A stretch of DNA of 64,000 bases from an uncultured candidate division Zixibacteria bacterium (GTDB taxonomy: Bacteria; Zixibacteria; MSB-5A5; GN15; FEB-12): positions 416,019 through 480,018 of the forward strand of contig CAVTJJ010000003.1 of the NCBI GenBank assembly GCA_963735035.1, given 5' to 3'. Below, piece by piece: positions 8,818 through 17,440 of this stretch. Made by a program: the position numbers and the translations under genes. Below the pieces are notes generated by a model. It was given only the letters and a program-made list of their open reading frames with translations. It was not told the DNA's origin and did not search any database. The first letter of the stretch is position 1, and every line of letters begins with the position of its first letter.

Positions 8818-9942
8818 CTACTCCATCACGTAGCCAAGTATGGTCATAAGGATTATAAACGCCACTACGAACAGTCCGAACAGGACAAATGTCCGCGAGC
8901 GTTTATCGATCTGGGACTTGCGATCCAGGAACGGCACCAGCGCCCAGATCAGACCGCCGATCGTAAATACCGCAATTCCGAACAGCTCCCCTTCGACAAA
9001 CCAGATATGCGCCGGGAGCAGCTTGAGAGCCTGGAAAGCGAACATGAAATACCATTCCGGTCGAATCACCGCCGGTGGCGCCGCGAAGGGATCGGCCTTC
9101 GTGCCGAGCGGCCAGTGAACCGGTCCGACACCATCGGGAAAGATCACGGCCAGCAGCGCCAGGACGTTAAGCACCACCAACCAGACCAAGAGGTCCCGGT
9201 AGAGGAAGTTGGGAAAGAACTTCTGGAACTTCTTTTGTGATTCAGGCAGGTTCTTCCATTCGAGCGGTTCACTCATCCCCTGCCGCTGGATGAAGATCAG
9301 ATGCACCGAGAGAACCACCGTGAACAGCGCCGGGAGAATGGCCACGTGCAGGCCGAAAAAACGTCCAATTGTAGCACCGGTGACATCGTCACCGCCGCGC
9401 ATGATGACCATTAGATCGTGGCCAATGACCGGAACCGCGCCCGCCATGCCGGTACCGACACGGGTGGCAAAGAACGCCAGTTCGTTCCACGGCAGAAGAT
9501 AACCGGAAAAACCAAAACCAAGTCCGAGTCCGAGGAGCCCGATACCGGAGAGCCAGGTCAACTCGCGGGGTTTGCGATAAGCATGCGTGAAGAAAACCGT
9601 GAACATGTGCAGGAAAGCGAAAAATACCATCAGATTCGCCGACCACGAATGCAGCGCCCGGATCAGCCAGCCGAACGACACTTCCGACACGATAAATCGA
9701 ACCGATTCGTAGGCGGAGTCGGCGCCGGGACGATAGTACATCAGAAGCAGAATTCCGGTCACTACTTGCACGACAAACAGAAAAAGCGCGATGCCGCCGC
9801 AGTAGTAGAAAGCGCTGTGGCCGTGAACCGGCACAACCTTGTGCCCCATGTAATCCACCAGGGTGCTGATCTTGAACCGTTCATCGACCCAGCCGTAGGC
9901 CCGTGTGAACAGGCCATTCTTCGTTTCGGATGAACCAGCCAT
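8818..9942 (-). CDS. cytochrome b (fused b6-like N-terminal and subunit-IV-like C-terminal parts) of a Rieske/cyt b complex
   Basis: 374 aa with ..FYYCGGIALFLFVVQVVTGILLLMYY..GWLIRALHSWSANLMVFFAFLHMF..GYLLPWNELAFFATRV..RFFGLHVAILPALF.. (heme-ligand His pairs, PWxE-type Qo motif). Confidence 0.9.
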   Translation of the reverse strand: MAGSSETKNGLFTRAYGWVDERFKISTLVDYMGHKVVPVHGHSAFYYCGGIALFLFVVQVVTGILLLMYYRPGADSAYESVRFIVSEVSFGWLIRALHSWSANLMVFFAFLHMFTVFFTHAYRKPRELTWLSGIGLLGLGLGFGFSGYLLPWNELAFFATRVGTGMAGAVPVIGHDLMVIMRGGDDVTGATIGRFFGLHVAILPALFTVVLSVHLIFIQRQGMSEPLEWKNLPESQKKFQKFFPNFLYRDLLVWLVVLNVLALLAVIFPDGVGPVHWPLGTKADPFAAPPAVIRPEWYFMFAFQALKLLPAHIWFVEGELFGIAVFTIGGLIWALVPFLDRKSQIDKRSRTFVLFGLFVVAFIILMTILGYVME

Positions 9943-10394
9943 CAGACTGCCCCCTTCGAAACGAAGATGTCCTCGCCGACTTCATTTATCACATACATCT
10001 CCAGAGGACGGGGCGGCGGACCGGAGATGTTCTTGCCTTCGAGATCGTATCGACCGTTGTGACAGGCACACCAGATGATGCCGAGATCAGGGCGGTATTG
10101 CACGGTGCATTGCAGGTGGGTGCAGGTGGCCGACATAGCTTTGAGCTCTCCGGCATCAGTCAGGACTACGATTCCTACTGAGCGGCCGAACTTGAAGATC
10201 TTTGATTTCTGCGGTTCCGCGGCCAGATCGGCCTTCTTGAACGGCAATTTCACCTGCGAAACGTTGGCCTCACCACTGGGGGGCGGGGTGAGGAACTTCC
10301 AGGCCGGGTAGGCTATCGCTCCGAGGGTAGCAATCAAGCCCCCTCCGAGAACCCAACTCAGAAAGTTTCTTCGGGTTTGTTCCGCATCGGTCAT
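9942..10394 (-). CDS. Rieske [2Fe-2S] protein
   Basis: Twin-arginine-like N-terminus (TRRNFLSW), a TM helix, and cluster boxes CTHLQC and CACHNGRY. Its stop overlaps the cytochrome b start. Confidence 0.9.
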   Translation of the reverse strand: MTDAEQTRRNFLSWVLGGGLIATLGAIAYPAWKFLTPPPSGEANVSQVKLPFKKADLAAEPQKSKIFKFGRSVGIVVLTDAGELKAMSATCTHLQCTVQYRPDLGIIWCACHNGRYDLEGKNISGPPPRPLEMYVINEVGEDIFVSKGAV

Positions 10395-10490
10395 CGGACC
10401 TCCTGATAAGTCAGTCTCGAACTCTTGATCAAACTGTTCCGACCATTACAAATTGCGATTCTCGCCTGGGATTGCCTTGACTAAAGTCAT

Positions 10491-10877
10491 TTACGGCAGG
10501 ACGGCAATGGCGTCGATTTCTACCCGGCCGTCTTTCGGAAGACGCGCCACCTGGACAGTCGCCCGTGCGGGAGGATTCTGCGTGAAGTAGCGACCATAGA
10601 CTTCATTGACAGCGGCAAAATCGTTCATATCGGCCAGGAATATGGTAGTTCTGACCACATCGGACATATGCGCGCCGGCCGCTTCAAGGACCGCCTTCAG
10701 ATTTTCCATGACCTGGTGGGTCTGATCGGCCGCGGTTGTGCCCACAAAATTGCCGGTCTTCGGGTCGAGGGCTAGTTGACCTGAAAGAAAGATGAATGTA
10801 CTGCCGCGCACTTTGATGGCCTGGGAATAAGGTCCCAGGGCGGCGGGGGCGTGATCGGTCTTTATCGCTTCTCTCAT
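10491..10877 (-). CDS. ridA: RidA/YjgF-family reactive-intermediate deaminase
   Basis: MREAIKTDHAPAALGPYSQAIKVRGSTFIFLSGQLALDP..ARATVQVARLPKDGRVEIDAIAVLP. Start trimmed to the Met preceded by GGAGGT (acctcc 10881-10886). The longer ORF-table version reads through a terminator and a repeat. Confidence 0.9.
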   Translation of the reverse strand: MREAIKTDHAPAALGPYSQAIKVRGSTFIFLSGQLALDPKTGNFVGTTAADQTHQVMENLKAVLEAAGAHMSDVVRTTIFLADMNDFAAVNEVYGRYFTQNPPARATVQVARLPKDGRVEIDAIAVLP

Positions 10878-10957
10878 ATAACCTCCGGACTGCTTCGGAG
10901 AATATATGGTTTGTGGACCAGTCCAGACAACAATAATCACAGTTTCGGCTGTGTGAC

Positions 10958-10992
10958 AAAAAAAGACGGAGAGTCCAAAGACTCTCCGTTTT
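10958..10992 (-). terminator. rho-independent (bidirectional-looking) terminator
   Basis: Stem GACGGAGAGTC / GACTCTCCGT(T) with loop CAAA, flanked by A7 on one side and T4 on the other. On the minus strand it is followed by a T run and sits downstream of the OmpA-family gene. Confidence 0.6.
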
Positions 10993-11011
10993 CCATTCTG
11001 CTTATCTAATC

Positions 11012-11245
11012 CTGGCAGATGTGGGCATCTGCCAGGCACGTTTAGAGTGGGTCCACCGCGACGGACCGGGCACGTCAACTCTCCGTTTAGATGCGTCTAC
11101 GAGCGGCAGATGTGGGCACTGCCGGGCACGTTTGAGTGGGGCAGACGCGGCGGACCGGGCACGTCAACTCTCCGTTTACGATTCGCCTCTACGGCCCGGC
11201 AGACGTGGACATCTACCGGGCACGTTTAGAGTGGGTCGCCGCACA
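11012..11245. repeat. about 92-bp tandem repeat (2.5 copies), each starting with the GGCAGATGTGGGCATCTGCC palindrome
   Basis: Unit starts at about 11014, 11105 and 11198. Shared blocks are GGCAGATGTGGGCA(T)CTGCC(A/G)GGCACGTTT(A)GAGTGGG and GGACCGGGCACGTCAACTCTCCGTTTA. The unit tail repeats the right arm of the adjacent terminator. Confidence 0.85.
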
Positions 11246-11252
11246 AAAGCAG

Positions 11253-12452
11253 CTATTCGACCGACTCGATTTCCACCCGGCGGTTCTTGGCCCGGCCGGC
11301 TTCGGTCTTGTTGTCGGCGACAAAGTATTTCGGATCCTCGCCGTATCCCTTAGCCGTCATACGATTCTTCGCCACACCCATCTTTTCGAGATAGGCCATG
11401 ACAGCGTTGGCTCGACGATCAGACAATTGCCGGTTGTACGATTCAGAACCAGCGTCGTCGGTATAGCCGTTGACGGCCACGTTAATGTCGGTGTACTCCA
11501 GCAGCGTCTTGGCGACGCCGTTAAGAATCTCCTGCGAACGGGCGTCCATGTCGGCCGAATTGTTGGCGAAATTGACGTCGAGCACGATCTTCTCGCCCTT
11601 CTTCATCAGTTTCGGACAGCCGGTCTCGTCCACGGCCACGTTGGCCGGAGTGTTGGGACACTTGTCGAGGTAATCAGGTACGCCGTCACCGTCGCTATCC
11701 TTCGGACAGCCGAAATCATCCACGGGCGCTCCGGCCGGAGTATTCGGGCACTTGTCCTTATCATCGGTCACACCGTCGCCGTCGCTGTCCACCGGGCAGC
11801 CGTTGGCATCAACGCGAACGCCGGACAGAGTTCCGGGGCATTTATCGAGATAATCGGGGACGCCGTCGCGGTCGGTGTCAATCGGGCAGCCGTTGTCGTC
11901 AACTTTGACTCCCGAGGGCGTTCCGGGGCAACGATCAAGGTCGTCTCTGACACCATCGCCGTCGGAATCGGCCACCGGCTTGGGAGCCGCTACACCGGCG
12001 TGGTAATATTCGGCGACATGCGGACGCGGGTCGATATTGTCCGGCAGACCATCGCCGTCACTGTCGACATTCGGCGCCTGGGCCAGACGATCATAAGGCT
12101 TTGTGCTGGGGGCCTTGTAGTATTCGGCTACATGAGGCCGCACATCCATGATGTCAACCAGACCATCGGCGTCACTGTCGGTCGTGGGCGACTGTTCCAT
12201 GCGATCCCACGGCTGAGCGCTCGAGGCCCGATAATACTCGGCCACGTGGGGCCGGGGATCGAGTGCGTCCGGCAGGCCGTCGTTGTCGCTGTCGGTGGTT
12301 GTCGCGGGGGAGTTCGGGTTGGCCCGATAGTATTCTGCGACATGGGGACGGCGGTCCAGTGAATCGGGGAGTCCGTCGTTGTCGCTGTCTTGGGCGAAAA
12401 CCGCTGTCCCACACAGCAGCAATCCGCTCAAGAGGAACGTGAAGCTTTTCAT
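11253..12452 (-). CDS. OmpA-family outer-membrane protein with thrombospondin type-3 (calcium-binding) repeats
   Basis: Signal peptide MKSFTFLLSGLLLCGTAVFA. Four DSDxDGLPDxxDxRPHVAEYY units, then four DxDGVxDxxDKCPxT..GCP units, then a C-terminal OmpA_C domain (..GYTDDAGSESYNRQLSDRRANAV..NRRVEIE). Confidence 0.85.
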   Translation of the reverse strand: MKSFTFLLSGLLLCGTAVFAQDSDNDGLPDSLDRRPHVAEYYRANPNSPATTTDSDNDGLPDALDPRPHVAEYYRASSAQPWDRMEQSPTTDSDADGLVDIMDVRPHVAEYYKAPSTKPYDRLAQAPNVDSDGDGLPDNIDPRPHVAEYYHAGVAAPKPVADSDGDGVRDDLDRCPGTPSGVKVDDNGCPIDTDRDGVPDYLDKCPGTLSGVRVDANGCPVDSDGDGVTDDKDKCPNTPAGAPVDDFGCPKDSDGDGVPDYLDKCPNTPANVAVDETGCPKLMKKGEKIVLDVNFANNSADMDARSQEILNGVAKTLLEYTDINVAVNGYTDDAGSESYNRQLSDRRANAVMAYLEKMGVAKNRMTAKGYGEDPKYFVADNKTEAGRAKNRRVEIESVE

Positions 12453-12695
12453 GATCTTCCTCCTAATGCCATTGAGTCATATCCTTACCTTTATCATAGT
12501 TTTCAGATTCGATTTTCCTGTCTGTCCATTCAAAATGCAAGGTTAAAGGTTGCAACCTCGACATCTGAATGGAGGTTCCCGGAAAGAGCTGAAACATTCC
12601 CGGGGTTACGTCCATATGTCACAATCATTCGACCGGGAAGTCTCTCACAATGCTGTTAGCTGACCGGATCGTATGATGCCAGCTGGATACCGCCA

Positions 12696-13376
12696 TTAAG
12701 AGTTCCGGTCAAAAGCCGCCTTCCAAACAAGCGAACCCAGAATTCCACCGATGATCGGAGCGACGATAAACAGCCACAACTGAGCCAACGCCTCACCGCC
12801 TACGAACAGTGCCGGGCCCAGACTGCGAGCCGGGTTGACGGACGTTCCGCTGACTGGTATACCGACCAGGTGAATGAACACCAGGGTCAGTCCAATCGAA
12901 ATCCCGGCAAAACCCTTCGGGGCGTTGGCGTGGGTCGAGCCCAAAATTACGAACAAGAACAGCGCCGTGAGGACGACCTCGGCCACGAAGCAGGCCATCA
13001 TCGAGAAGTGATCCGGGGAATGAACGCCGTAGCCGTTCTGGCCCAGACCGCAGGCGGCGATGGTATAGTCCGGTCGTCCGGAAGCCACGGCCAATAGTAC
13101 GGCCGCCCCGAGGATCGCACCGAGACACTGGGCGACAATGTACAAGCCGCCGTCTTTCGCATTGATCTTGCCGGCCACGAGCATACCGATTGTCACGGCC
13201 GGATTGACATGACAGCCGGAAATCGGCCCGATCGCGTATACCAAGGCCAGCAACGTCAGGCCAAAAGCGAACGCGATTCCGAGGAACCCTATGTGAGCGC
13301 CGGCGAGAACAGCACTCCCGCATCCGATAGTAACCAGCGCAAAGGTTCCGATCAGTTCAGCAAGATACTTTCTCAT
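12696..13376 (-). CDS. aqpZ: aquaporin Z (MIP-family water channel)
   Basis: 226 aa with two NPA boxes (HVNPAVT, SVNPARS) and a typical AqpZ N-terminus MRKYLAELIGTFALV. Confidence 0.92.
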   Translation of the reverse strand: MRKYLAELIGTFALVTIGCGSAVLAGAHIGFLGIAFAFGLTLLALVYAIGPISGCHVNPAVTIGMLVAGKINAKDGGLYIVAQCLGAILGAAVLLAVASGRPDYTIAACGLGQNGYGVHSPDHFSMMACFVAEVVLTALFLFVILGSTHANAPKGFAGISIGLTLVFIHLVGIPVSGTSVNPARSLGPALFVGGEALAQLWLFIVAPIIGGILGSLVWKAAFDRNS

Positions 13377-13686
13377 ATCACTCCTTTCAGAGTCTCAGTG
13401 GCATCGTGCCTATAAACAAGCGCCTCGGCCTGCCTGCCCGGCATCTATTCGCCAAGTGCGCCGTTGTTGTCGATGCAGAAATACTTGCTGACGAGCAGAT
13501 GATCGAATCGCGGCTCACAAACGTCTCTCGTTTTATGCCATAGAGTCGCATGAGTTAGATAGCAGAGTGCAACTTTGGCGGCAAGGATTTTATACCCCTC
13601 CGATTGGGTTGCTTTCGGTCGGATCGGTAGAGAGAGAGAAATTTGGCCGTGATTTATGGAGAAGAAGGACCGGCAATTCTTCCGGC

Positions 13687-14671
13687 TTAGAATTCCCCGA
13701 GCTCAGAGGGGCCCATCAGCTCGACAAAAGCACGCAGTATCTGCTCGTCGTAGGCTCCCTTGAGTGAGAACATGATCTTGAGGGCGGGGAAAGAATCAAT
13801 CGCGTGCTGGTACACCCGGTCGGTGGTCATGGCGTCGAATGAATCGGCAATCGCGACTATCTTGGAGTAAATGTGCATTTCGTCGAGCGATAGTCCCGAG
13901 GGATAGCCTCGACGGTCGCCGCGTTCATGGTGCTGCATAATCGGAAAGTGCGACGAGGTGGCGATCAGGTCAGTCTCTTCGAGAATCTCCACCCCCCACT
14001 TGGGATGCTTCTTCATGATTTCGAACTCGATCGGTGTCAGCGATCCGCGCTTGTTCAGAATCCGATCCGAGATGCGTGACTTGCCGACGTCATGCAGCAA
14101 GCGATCCCATCCCCAGTTCGTGCAGGAATTCCTCGTCGCCGAACCCGAGCTGCTGCGCCAGAGCTATCGAGAACGTGCAGACGTTGACCGAATGGGTGTA
14201 GGTATAGTAATCGAACGACGTGATCTTGAGCAGGTTGAGAAAAGCATCCCGCCCCTGCAGAATGAAATTGACCGTCTGGCCGACCAGGTCTTTGGAGCGC
14301 TGAATATTTTCGCCGTAGGTCGGGTTGTTCAGGACGTCCTTGACCAGATTGGTCGACGTGTCATAGAGGATACCGGCCTTCTTGCTTTCCTCGACTTTGG
14401 GATCGGCCAGAATCTTATCCAGGTTCTGTTCGATGTAATGCTGATAGGCTTTCTTGCTTTCGAAAGCGACATACAACCGGTCGATCCGGTTCTCCATGAG
14501 CTTGCGGAGGGTACGATCGGTGAAAGGCAGATTGGCCGATCGATACAGAACCAGGTGGTTGTTGACGTTGATATAGAGATCAAAATCCAGGACCGAGTCG
14601 ACCCGGATTGACTCCAGGTAGATCGGCAGGAATTTTTGTTCGGTTCGGTTCTTTATGGCAGTCGACGACAT
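13687..14671 (-). pseudogene. HD-GYP domain protein (putative c-di-GMP phosphodiesterase), one +1 frameshift as given
   Basis: ORF 14090..14698 ends ..HSVNVCTFSIALAQQLG..LHELGMGSL, and ORF 13687..14100 continues LHDVGK..HHERGDRRGYP... The junction tcg ctt [g] ctg cat lies at about 14098. Start set at the Met (14671) preceded by GGAG. Confidence 0.8.
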
Positions 14672-14841
14672 GTTTCGGCTCTCCGGCCGAGACCCCAAAA
14701 ACGGTACACGGGGGCCGGTTTTCGGGTATCGGTCTTGTCGTCAAATTATCGGCAAATGGCGGGAACGACTTGAAACCAAAGAAAAGGCCGGAATCGTTCA
14801 TGATTCCGGCCTTAGAGGCACACACGAAAGGAAACTAGGCA

Positions 14842-15462
14842 CTATGCTCCAAAATTCTTGACCGTCAGCAGGACTGAATTCAGCCGGGTAGTGATATCCG
14901 AAAGAATGCCGGAATAGCGGCGCAGGATCTCGGAATACTGCCAGCGCATCTGGAAAGCTTGCTCCGGAAAATCGAACAGTTCCAGAAGAATGACTTTGTA
15001 GATTTCGTCGATATACTTGACTACGTCGTAGGTATAACCAACCACATTGGGATCGTGCACGTCGCCCTTGGCGAGGCGATCCCGGTAGACTTCAACTTTC
15101 TCCAGCACTACGGTCCCGAAACACCACGGCGTCATGACCACGCCCAGATTGGAACCGTCGGTGTAAAAGCGTCGAATGGTACGCAGGAGCAGGTCAACCA
15201 CGACCCCTTTGGCGTGATAATAGGCCAGGGTCTCAGAATTGTCCTTGGCGGTGGCGGCGATTTTCTCGTCCAGATCTTTGCGGGCAGCGGAAGCACGTTC
15301 GTACGTCAGGGTCAGGAAACCGTAGAAATCCTCGAAATAGACGCGAGTGTTTTCGGACAGGGACATAATATAGAAGCCCCGTTCATCCTGGCGGACTTTC
15401 GGCTCCTGTTTGGAAGCCAGTCTCTCGGCTGAAAAACCTCTTTGATAACGTCCGTCGAGCAT
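14842..15462 (-). CDS. hypothetical protein (206 aa, no motif I recognise)
   Basis: Intact ORF with a strong AAGGAG RBS 5 nt upstream of the ATG at 15462. Same strand as, and upstream of, the HD-GYP gene. Confidence 0.55.
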   Translation of the reverse strand: MLDGRYQRGFSAERLASKQEPKVRQDERGFYIMSLSENTRVYFEDFYGFLTLTYERASAARKDLDEKIAATAKDNSETLAYYHAKGVVVDLLLRTIRRFYTDGSNLGVVMTPWCFGTVVLEKVEVYRDRLAKGDVHDPNVVGYTYDVVKYIDEIYKVILLELFDFPEQAFQMRWQYSEILRRYSGILSDITTRLNSVLLTVKNFGA

Positions 15463-15840
15463 CGGTTCTCCTTAGTTCAGTGACCTTTCTGCGTCTTTCT
15501 GAGCCTCTCTCAGCATAACTTATGCCGCCGAAATCGCGCTCGCCCGGAACCTCTTCCCTTCCTCGTAAGCCCCTAATTATCAGCGTCTTGCAGACGACGG
15601 TGAGGCGCTTTGGCCACAATAGGGTCGATTCTGCACTGAGCAAACCGTTGCGTCTTTGGGAAGGCGAATGCTTTGCCGGGGGGACTAATATGAATGTGTA
15701 CAGGAGATCGTGTGTTAGGCAGTGCTTCGGTTCGCTCGAATCCTGTCCCCCCGATTTGCACCACACAAAAGTCCGGCTCTTGCGTCCCCTAGGCTGAGAA
15801 GGCTACATTTAGGCGCCATGATCCACTAAAGAGGCTCACC

Positions 15841-17424
15841 ATGTCCCAGAGTATCCGCCAGATTCTGACAGTACTATTTGTCGCAGCAGGACTGCTTAGC
15901 GCCTGGGGTTGTTCCGACGATGTCACCTATTCCCGGCAACGGCCGATGGCGGTATCGAACAGTCACCTCGAATTTACTTCCTGGGCCGGCGCTAATCCGT
16001 ACCCGGCTCAACAGAAGGTGGAAGTCACTCTGGAAGGCCAGCCGACCAATGGATGGATGGCGACCACTACCAGTGACTGGCTGCGCCTCGGTCCGCGCGG
16101 AACCGACTCCATTTTCATTTCAGTAATTTCGACCGATGTCCTCGCCGGGGTTCATTATGATTCAATCGCGGTGAGCCTGACCGAGGCTACCAACAGCCCG
16201 ATCTACATCGAAGTTAAACTGACTGTCCTCAACCAGGTCAATCTGTCACCAGCCAGCATGTCGTTCGCGACGCTGGCCGGTGGAGCTCAGATAGCGGCTC
16301 AAGACCTGATCATCGCCAATTTCGGGACCGGCTCAGTCAATTATACCGCTGAAACGACCGCCCCCTGGCTGGTCTTGAACAGTCTCTCCGGAACGATGCC
16401 GGACACTATCTCAGTCAACGTTGATATCACCGGCCTGAACGCCGGGTACTATCTGGACAGTATCGTGGTGAACTCGCCCGAACTGCCGCAAACGCGCGCG
16501 GTGGTATACTGCGGCCTGAGCCTGTCATCCTGGGCGACAGTTGGACTCGGTCGGATTGACGTCATGTTGGAAGATGTTCAGTTCGTCAATTCGCAAAGCG
16601 GCTGGGCATCCGGCTGGCTGCCCAACGCCACGGATCCCCACGGATTTGTTTTTCGGAGTGACAACCAGGGAGATACCTGGTCGAGTGTATACAATCGCTC
16701 CTTCTCGGTATTCGGTGGTTTAGCAGCTATCGACGCATCGCGCTGCTTTGTTGTCGGCAACGACGCGGAAATATTCCGAACGAACGACAGCGGTCGTACT
16801 TGGAATCAAATAGTGGGACTTCCGATTAGCGCTCCGACGGTTCTTCGGGATATTTATTTTGCCGACTTCGCCCACGGCTGGGCGATCGGTAACGGCGGTA
16901 CGATAATCAGCACGTCTGACAGCGGCGCCACATGGACCAAGGATATCGTCCCCACCGCTCAGGACCTCACGGGTATAGCGTTCCTCGATTCGCAGACCGG
17001 CTGGATGTCCGGCAATCATGGCACACTGCTTCACACCGGTGATGGCGGCATGACCTGGGTGGCTCAAAGCGCCAACACGTCATCAGATCTTTGGGCAATA
17101 TCCTTTGTAGACAATCTTCACGGCTGGGCAGCGGGCGCGGATGGATTGGTGATTCACACAATCGATGGCGGCGCAACGTGGGAGGCGGCGGCCAATGCCG
17201 GCACGTCGCTGCTCCTGGACGTTGTCTTCGTGAGTCCGACCCAGGGGTGGGTGGTAGGGATCGACGGTGCAATTCACCGAACCGACGACGGTGGCGTGAC
17301 CTGGGTGGAGCAGACTTCCGGGACGACCCAGAGTCTGAAGGAGATATTCTTCCTCGATGATAAGCTGGGCTGGGCGGTCGGCGACGCCGGGACGGTGCTC
17401 AAGACGGCGAATGGTGGATTCTGA
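15841..17424 (+). CDS. lipoprotein with N-terminal BACON-like domains and a BNR/Ycf48-like beta-propeller
   Basis: Signal plus Cys (LLSAWGCSDD). Six SxDxGxTW-type BNR repeats (SDNQGDTWSS, TNDSGRTWNQ, TSDSGATWTK, TGDGGMTWVA, TIDGGATWEA, TDDGGVTWVE), plus a C-terminal TANGGF remnant. Confidence 0.8.
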   Translation: MSQSIRQILTVLFVAAGLLSAWGCSDDVTYSRQRPMAVSNSHLEFTSWAGANPYPAQQKVEVTLEGQPTNGWMATTTSDWLRLGPRGTDSIFISVISTDVLAGVHYDSIAVSLTEATNSPIYIEVKLTVLNQVNLSPASMSFATLAGGAQIAAQDLIIANFGTGSVNYTAETTAPWLVLNSLSGTMPDTISVNVDITGLNAGYYLDSIVVNSPELPQTRAVVYCGLSLSSWATVGLGRIDVMLEDVQFVNSQSGWASGWLPNATDPHGFVFRSDNQGDTWSSVYNRSFSVFGGLAAIDASRCFVVGNDAEIFRTNDSGRTWNQIVGLPISAPTVLRDIYFADFAHGWAIGNGGTIISTSDSGATWTKDIVPTAQDLTGIAFLDSQTGWMSGNHGTLLHTGDGGMTWVAQSANTSSDLWAISFVDNLHGWAAGADGLVIHTIDGGATWEAAANAGTSLLLDVVFVSPTQGWVVGIDGAIHRTDDGGVTWVEQTSGTTQSLKEIFFLDDKLGWAVGDAGTVLKTANGGF

Positions 17425-17440
17425 GGGGAGCTACGACGAT

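Noticed and set aside
10491-11078. N-terminal extensions given by the ORF table for several genes: ridA 11078, nuoD 6075, nuoC 6608, nuoB 7002, porin 30465, metallopeptidase 55915, hemerythrin 61075, ATPases 42350 and 62396, mfd 22354.
   Set aside because: - The extensions overlap upstream genes, terminators or repeats and lack family similarity.
- Internal Met codons coincide with the conserved N-termini, RBS motifs or ATGA/TGATG coupling overlaps.
11030-11240. GGCACG-TTTAGAGTGGG inside each 92-bp repeat as sigma54 promoters.
   Set aside because: - The -12 GC element is missing (GAGTG).
- The motif is on the strand opposite to all neighbouring genes.
- It is part of the repeat consensus.
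11021-12362. Plus-strand ORFs 11021..11353, 11047..11229 and the 408-aa ORF 11136..12362.
   Set aside because: - The first two translate the 92-bp tandem repeat.
- The long one is the antisense shadow of the repetitive, GC-rich OmpA/TSP3 gene, which has a signal peptide, domains and an RBS on the other strand.
12547-12558. Perfect 12-bp palindrome AGGTTGCAACCT about 95 bp upstream of the OmpA-family gene as an operator.
   Set aside because: It is a single occurrence, with no adjacent regulator gene and no second half-site array. It cannot be distinguished from chance by inspection.
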